A stretch of DNA of 49,738 nucleotides from assembly GCA_000754455.1 (NCBI GenBank), contig JNSE01000021.1, forward strand, positions 1-49,738, in the 5' to 3' direction. The stretch's first letter is position 1; each line of letters begins with the position of its first letter. The notes below the pieces were generated by a model. It was not told the origin of the DNA and ran no database searches. It was given only the letters and a program-made list of their open reading frames with translations. A program made the position numbers and the translations under genes. This document shows positions 47,050-49,738 of the stretch, one piece after another. Source of the DNA: an actinobacterium acAMD-2 (lineage in GTDB: Bacteria > Actinomycetota > Actinomycetes > UBA12327).

Positions 47050-47215
47050 TATCAAAGACCCCCGAACTGATCTTCGGGTTGCTAACACCCTAGACGATGG
47101 ATTCCGCAAGTGCCCATTGGGCACGGTTTTAGGCACAAATCGGGCACCACAGGCCCGAAATCGGACATTTCGGGCGGCGGGTAAAGCCCCACCAGGAATC
47201 TGAGTGTGGGCGCGT

Positions 47216-47908
47216 TCAGTGAGTCCCAGCAGCAACAAAAACGTGGGCGGCTGTTTCATCATCGAGTTCGGCGTATTCGCCAGCGCTGCCGACCATGACA
47301 CCGCCGTCTGACCGCGTTACCGAAACAATTTCGCCGGGCTGAACCCCTGCCCGCCGCAAAGCCGTCATCAATTCACTGTCTTCTTGCACCGGTTCGGCTA
47401 TGCGCCGCACCGTGACTCTCTTGGGCTCACTACCCGCAACTGAGTCAAGCCCTACCAACGCTTCGGTTGATGTGTCATGGGCAGCTTCATCAAAAAGTTC
47501 AGCGAGACCTGGGATGGGATTGCCGTAGGGCGACTCGGTCGGATGATCGAGCAATTCGACGATGCGTCGCTCCACGTCTTCACTCATCACGTGTTCCCAG
47601 CGACAAGCCTCCGCGTGCACGGTTTCCCACGGCAGGCCAATGATCTGAATGAGCATGCACTCCGACAATCGGTGCTTGCGCATCACGCGCACGGCCATGG
47701 CTCGACCCGCAGGCGTGAACTCCAAGTGGCGATCGTCTTGCAGGATCAAGAGGCCATCGCGCTCAAGACGAGCAACGGTCTGGCTCACCGTTGGGCCGCT
47801 TTGGCCTAAGCGCTCCGTAATCCGCGCACGCATGGGACGAATGCCTTCTTCTTCTAACTCATACACCGTGCGCAAATACATTTCGGTGGTATCAATCAGT
47901 CCGCTCAC
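47216..47908 (-). CDS. ideR: DtxR/IdeR metal-dependent regulator
   Basis: LIDTTEMYLRTVYELEEEG..P.RARI.ERL.QSGPTVSQTVAR, RKHRLSE, EACRWEHVMS, FeoA/SH3 tail. Confidence 0.94.
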   Translation of the reverse strand: MSGLIDTTEMYLRTVYELEEEGIRPMRARITERLGQSGPTVSQTVARLERDGLLILQDDRHLEFTPAGRAMAVRVMRKHRLSECMLIQIIGLPWETVHAEACRWEHVMSEDVERRIVELLDHPTESPYGNPIPGLAELFDEAAHDTSTEALVGLDSVAGSEPKRVTVRRIAEPVQEDSELMTALRRAGVQPGEIVSVTRSDGGVMVGSAGEYAELDDETAAHVFVAAGTH

Positions 47909-47992
47909 CCCCTAACCGTACCGACTCATACGCGGTTGCGTCGCCTTCTCGCTTCAGGTGCGTGGGAGGGCGAAGCCCTCTAGCGTGGGGAC

Positions 47993-49330
47993 ATGACTTC
48001 GGTGATGTGGTTTCGGCGGGACTTGCGCCTCAATGACCATGCGGCTCTGGCTCGTGCCGCGGAAGCCGGGCCAGTCCTTGGCCTGTTTGTCATTGACCCG
48101 CATCTGTGGGACAAGTCCGGTGCCGTCCGGCGCGTGTGCCTCCTGCGCAGTCTTGATGCACTCAACGAAGCAATGGGCGGCGAACTCGTCGTGCGGGTAG
48201 GAAGCCCCACCGAGGTGGTGCCAGCAGTAGCGAAGGACGTTGGCGCGAGCACCGTCTTTATCAGCGCCGACTTTGCTCCCTATGGTCAACAGCGCGATGC
48301 AGATGTCGAACGCGCCCTGCTGGACGACCAGGTAGCACTGGAATCTGTGGGGTCGCCGTATGCCGTCAACCCAGGGGTTGTGCGCAAGTCGGATGGAACG
48401 CCCTACCAAGTCTTCACCCCGTTTTATCGAGCGTGGTGTGACAGTGGCTGGTTGGCACCGGTGGCAAACACCCCTCCGTCGTGGCTCAACCTCGTCAGTG
48501 ATCCGTGGCCAACGGCGGAACTCCCTGCTGGCGTGACACTTCCCGCTATCGGGGAACAAGCAAGTTTGGATCTTTGGCGGACATTCCACACCGACCTCAT
48601 CGACGAGTACCCAGACCGCCGGGACAGACCTGATCTTGCGGGAACCTCGAGCTTGTCCATGGCTCTTCGCTGGGGGCACGTGCACCCGCGCACCTTGCTC
48701 GCCGAGCTCAACGATTCCAGGGCGCACGATGTCTACCGGCGAGAGTTGTGCTGGCGAGAGTTCTACGCCGATGTGCTGTTCCACGTCCCGCAATCTGCCC
48801 GCAACAGCCTTAAACCCACCATGCAAGCCATGCGAACAGATAGCGGAGCGACGGCAGATGCTCGATTCACTGCCTGGGCTGAAGGCCGAACTGGCTATCC
48901 GTTTGTTGACGCGGGTATGCGCCAACTTGTAGCCGAAGGCTGGATTCACAATCGCGTGCGCATGGTCGTGGCTTCGTTCTTGGTTAAGGACCTGCACTTG
49001 GACTGGCAACGTGGTGCCTCGCACTTCATGCAGTGGTTGCGCGACGGCGACATCGCGAGCAATCAACACGGCTGGCAATGGGCTGCCGGAACGGGAACAG
49101 ATGCGGCGCCGTACTTTCGAGTTTTTAACCCTGTAATGCAAGGCATAAAATTTGATCCCGATGGTGACTATGTGCGCAAATACATTCCCGAACTTGCCCA
49201 ACTTCCCGGAGCAAGTGCACACACACCGTGGGACGCACCACTGCTTGCCGCTGAATATCCCGAGCGCATTGTTGATCACAGCGTTGAACGCAATGAAGCT
49301 CTCGCGCGACTAGCGGAACTGAAGAACTAG
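47993..49330 (+). CDS. phr: Class I CPD DNA photolyase / cryptochrome family
   Basis: WFRRDLRLNDH.AL, GTSSLS..LRWG, WREFY, GRTGYPFVDAGMRQL, HNRVRM, DGDIASNQHGWQW, FNP..Q..KFDPDG.YV. Confidence 0.94.
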   Translation: MTSVMWFRRDLRLNDHAALARAAEAGPVLGLFVIDPHLWDKSGAVRRVCLLRSLDALNEAMGGELVVRVGSPTEVVPAVAKDVGASTVFISADFAPYGQQRDADVERALLDDQVALESVGSPYAVNPGVVRKSDGTPYQVFTPFYRAWCDSGWLAPVANTPPSWLNLVSDPWPTAELPAGVTLPAIGEQASLDLWRTFHTDLIDEYPDRRDRPDLAGTSSLSMALRWGHVHPRTLLAELNDSRAHDVYRRELCWREFYADVLFHVPQSARNSLKPTMQAMRTDSGATADARFTAWAEGRTGYPFVDAGMRQLVAEGWIHNRVRMVVASFLVKDLHLDWQRGASHFMQWLRDGDIASNQHGWQWAAGTGTDAAPYFRVFNPVMQGIKFDPDGDYVRKYIPELAQLPGASAHTPWDAPLLAAEYPERIVDHSVERNEALARLAELKN

Positions 49331-49342
49331 ACCTACTCGGAC

Positions 49343-49738
49343 CTAGTTCCGCACTGCCTGCGGTCGTCGCACGCGCTGCATCGCAGCACCCACACCGATC
49401 AGTGCCAGTCCAGCGATTAACATTCCCAGCGCTCCAGCACCAGTTTCAGCCAACGGCTTGGGGACGATGATTTGTGCATCATCACTGACCGTGACACTGG
49501 AATCGTTGTCCACATTGCCACCGGTCACATCAGCGACATTGACGATGGTGCCGCTCGCACCCACCTTCACGGAGGTAGTGATGTTGACCGAGATCGTTCG
49601 ACCCACGGCGAGCGGCTGATTGTTCGTGCAGGTGACGGTTTGACCCACTGCGCCGCACGCCCAATAGATTCCCGCTGAGGAAACATAGGTGAGTTCGGCT
49701 GGCAAGTAGTCACGGATGATTACCTGCGTCGTGGTCAC
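49343..49738 (-). CDS. C-terminal part of a DUF11-domain, sortase-anchored surface protein (5' end outside window)
   Basis: V.IRDYLPAELTYVS..G.W.C...V.C; NVADV; LAETG followed by a TM helix and an RVRR tail. Confidence 0.85.
   Translation of the reverse strand: MTTTQVIIRDYLPAELTYVSSAGIYWACGAVGQTVTCTNNQPLAVGRTISVNITTSVKVGASGTIVNVADVTGGNVDNDSSVTVSDDAQIIVPKPLAETGAGALGMLIAGLALIGVGAAMQRVRRPQAVRN

Noticed and set aside
47954-49279. 441-aa minus-strand ORF
   Set aside because: Antisense shadow of the photolyase; no RBS or promoter logic and no family motifs

Overview
Roughly 50 kb of actinobacterial chromosome, moderately GC-rich by eye, with many leaderless-type promoters. Two conserved housekeeping blocks are present: mfd-cysQ-pth-rplY-prs-glmU-tRNA-Gln-TetR-ispE-rsmA-tatD-metG-rsmI-pmt, and tRNA-Ala-glpR/sepX-GNAT-glp(moeA-like)-galU-5-FTHF cyclo-ligase-FmdB-SAF-mscL. 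Accessory segments lie between and after them. (i) Two divergent flavin-reductase-fold genes, each fused to a C-terminal PCP_red-like (ChlB/BchB C-terminal) domain, flank a FUSC-type exporter next to a 49-bp duplication of the tRNA-Ala 3' end and terminator. (ii) A VOC/TetR/SBP/SDR/acyl-CoA dehydrogenase/thiolase/DUF1295 catabolic cluster. (iii) A clade-D-like beta-carbonic anhydrase preceded by an unannotated leaderless poly-cysteine sORF (MSSTSQPSVHLVVRRHVDLMRICSSSCCCCN) with alternative RNA hairpins, a candidate cysteine-sensing attenuator controlling a possible COS-hydrolase sulfur-scavenging gene. (iv) After tRNA-Arg: an orphan SBP, a TLC/Npt-like transporter, an EAL protein, a Rieske oxygenase, an L,D-transpeptidase, a c-di-AMP-riboswitch-controlled NlpC/P60, IdeR/DtxR, a photolyase and the end of a sortase-anchored surface protein. 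Also seen: a homopolymer frameshift in a DUF3445 gene and a 45-aa ORF missed by the ORF track. No CRISPR array, integrase or transposase was found. All family assignments come from motif recognition by eye, not database searches.
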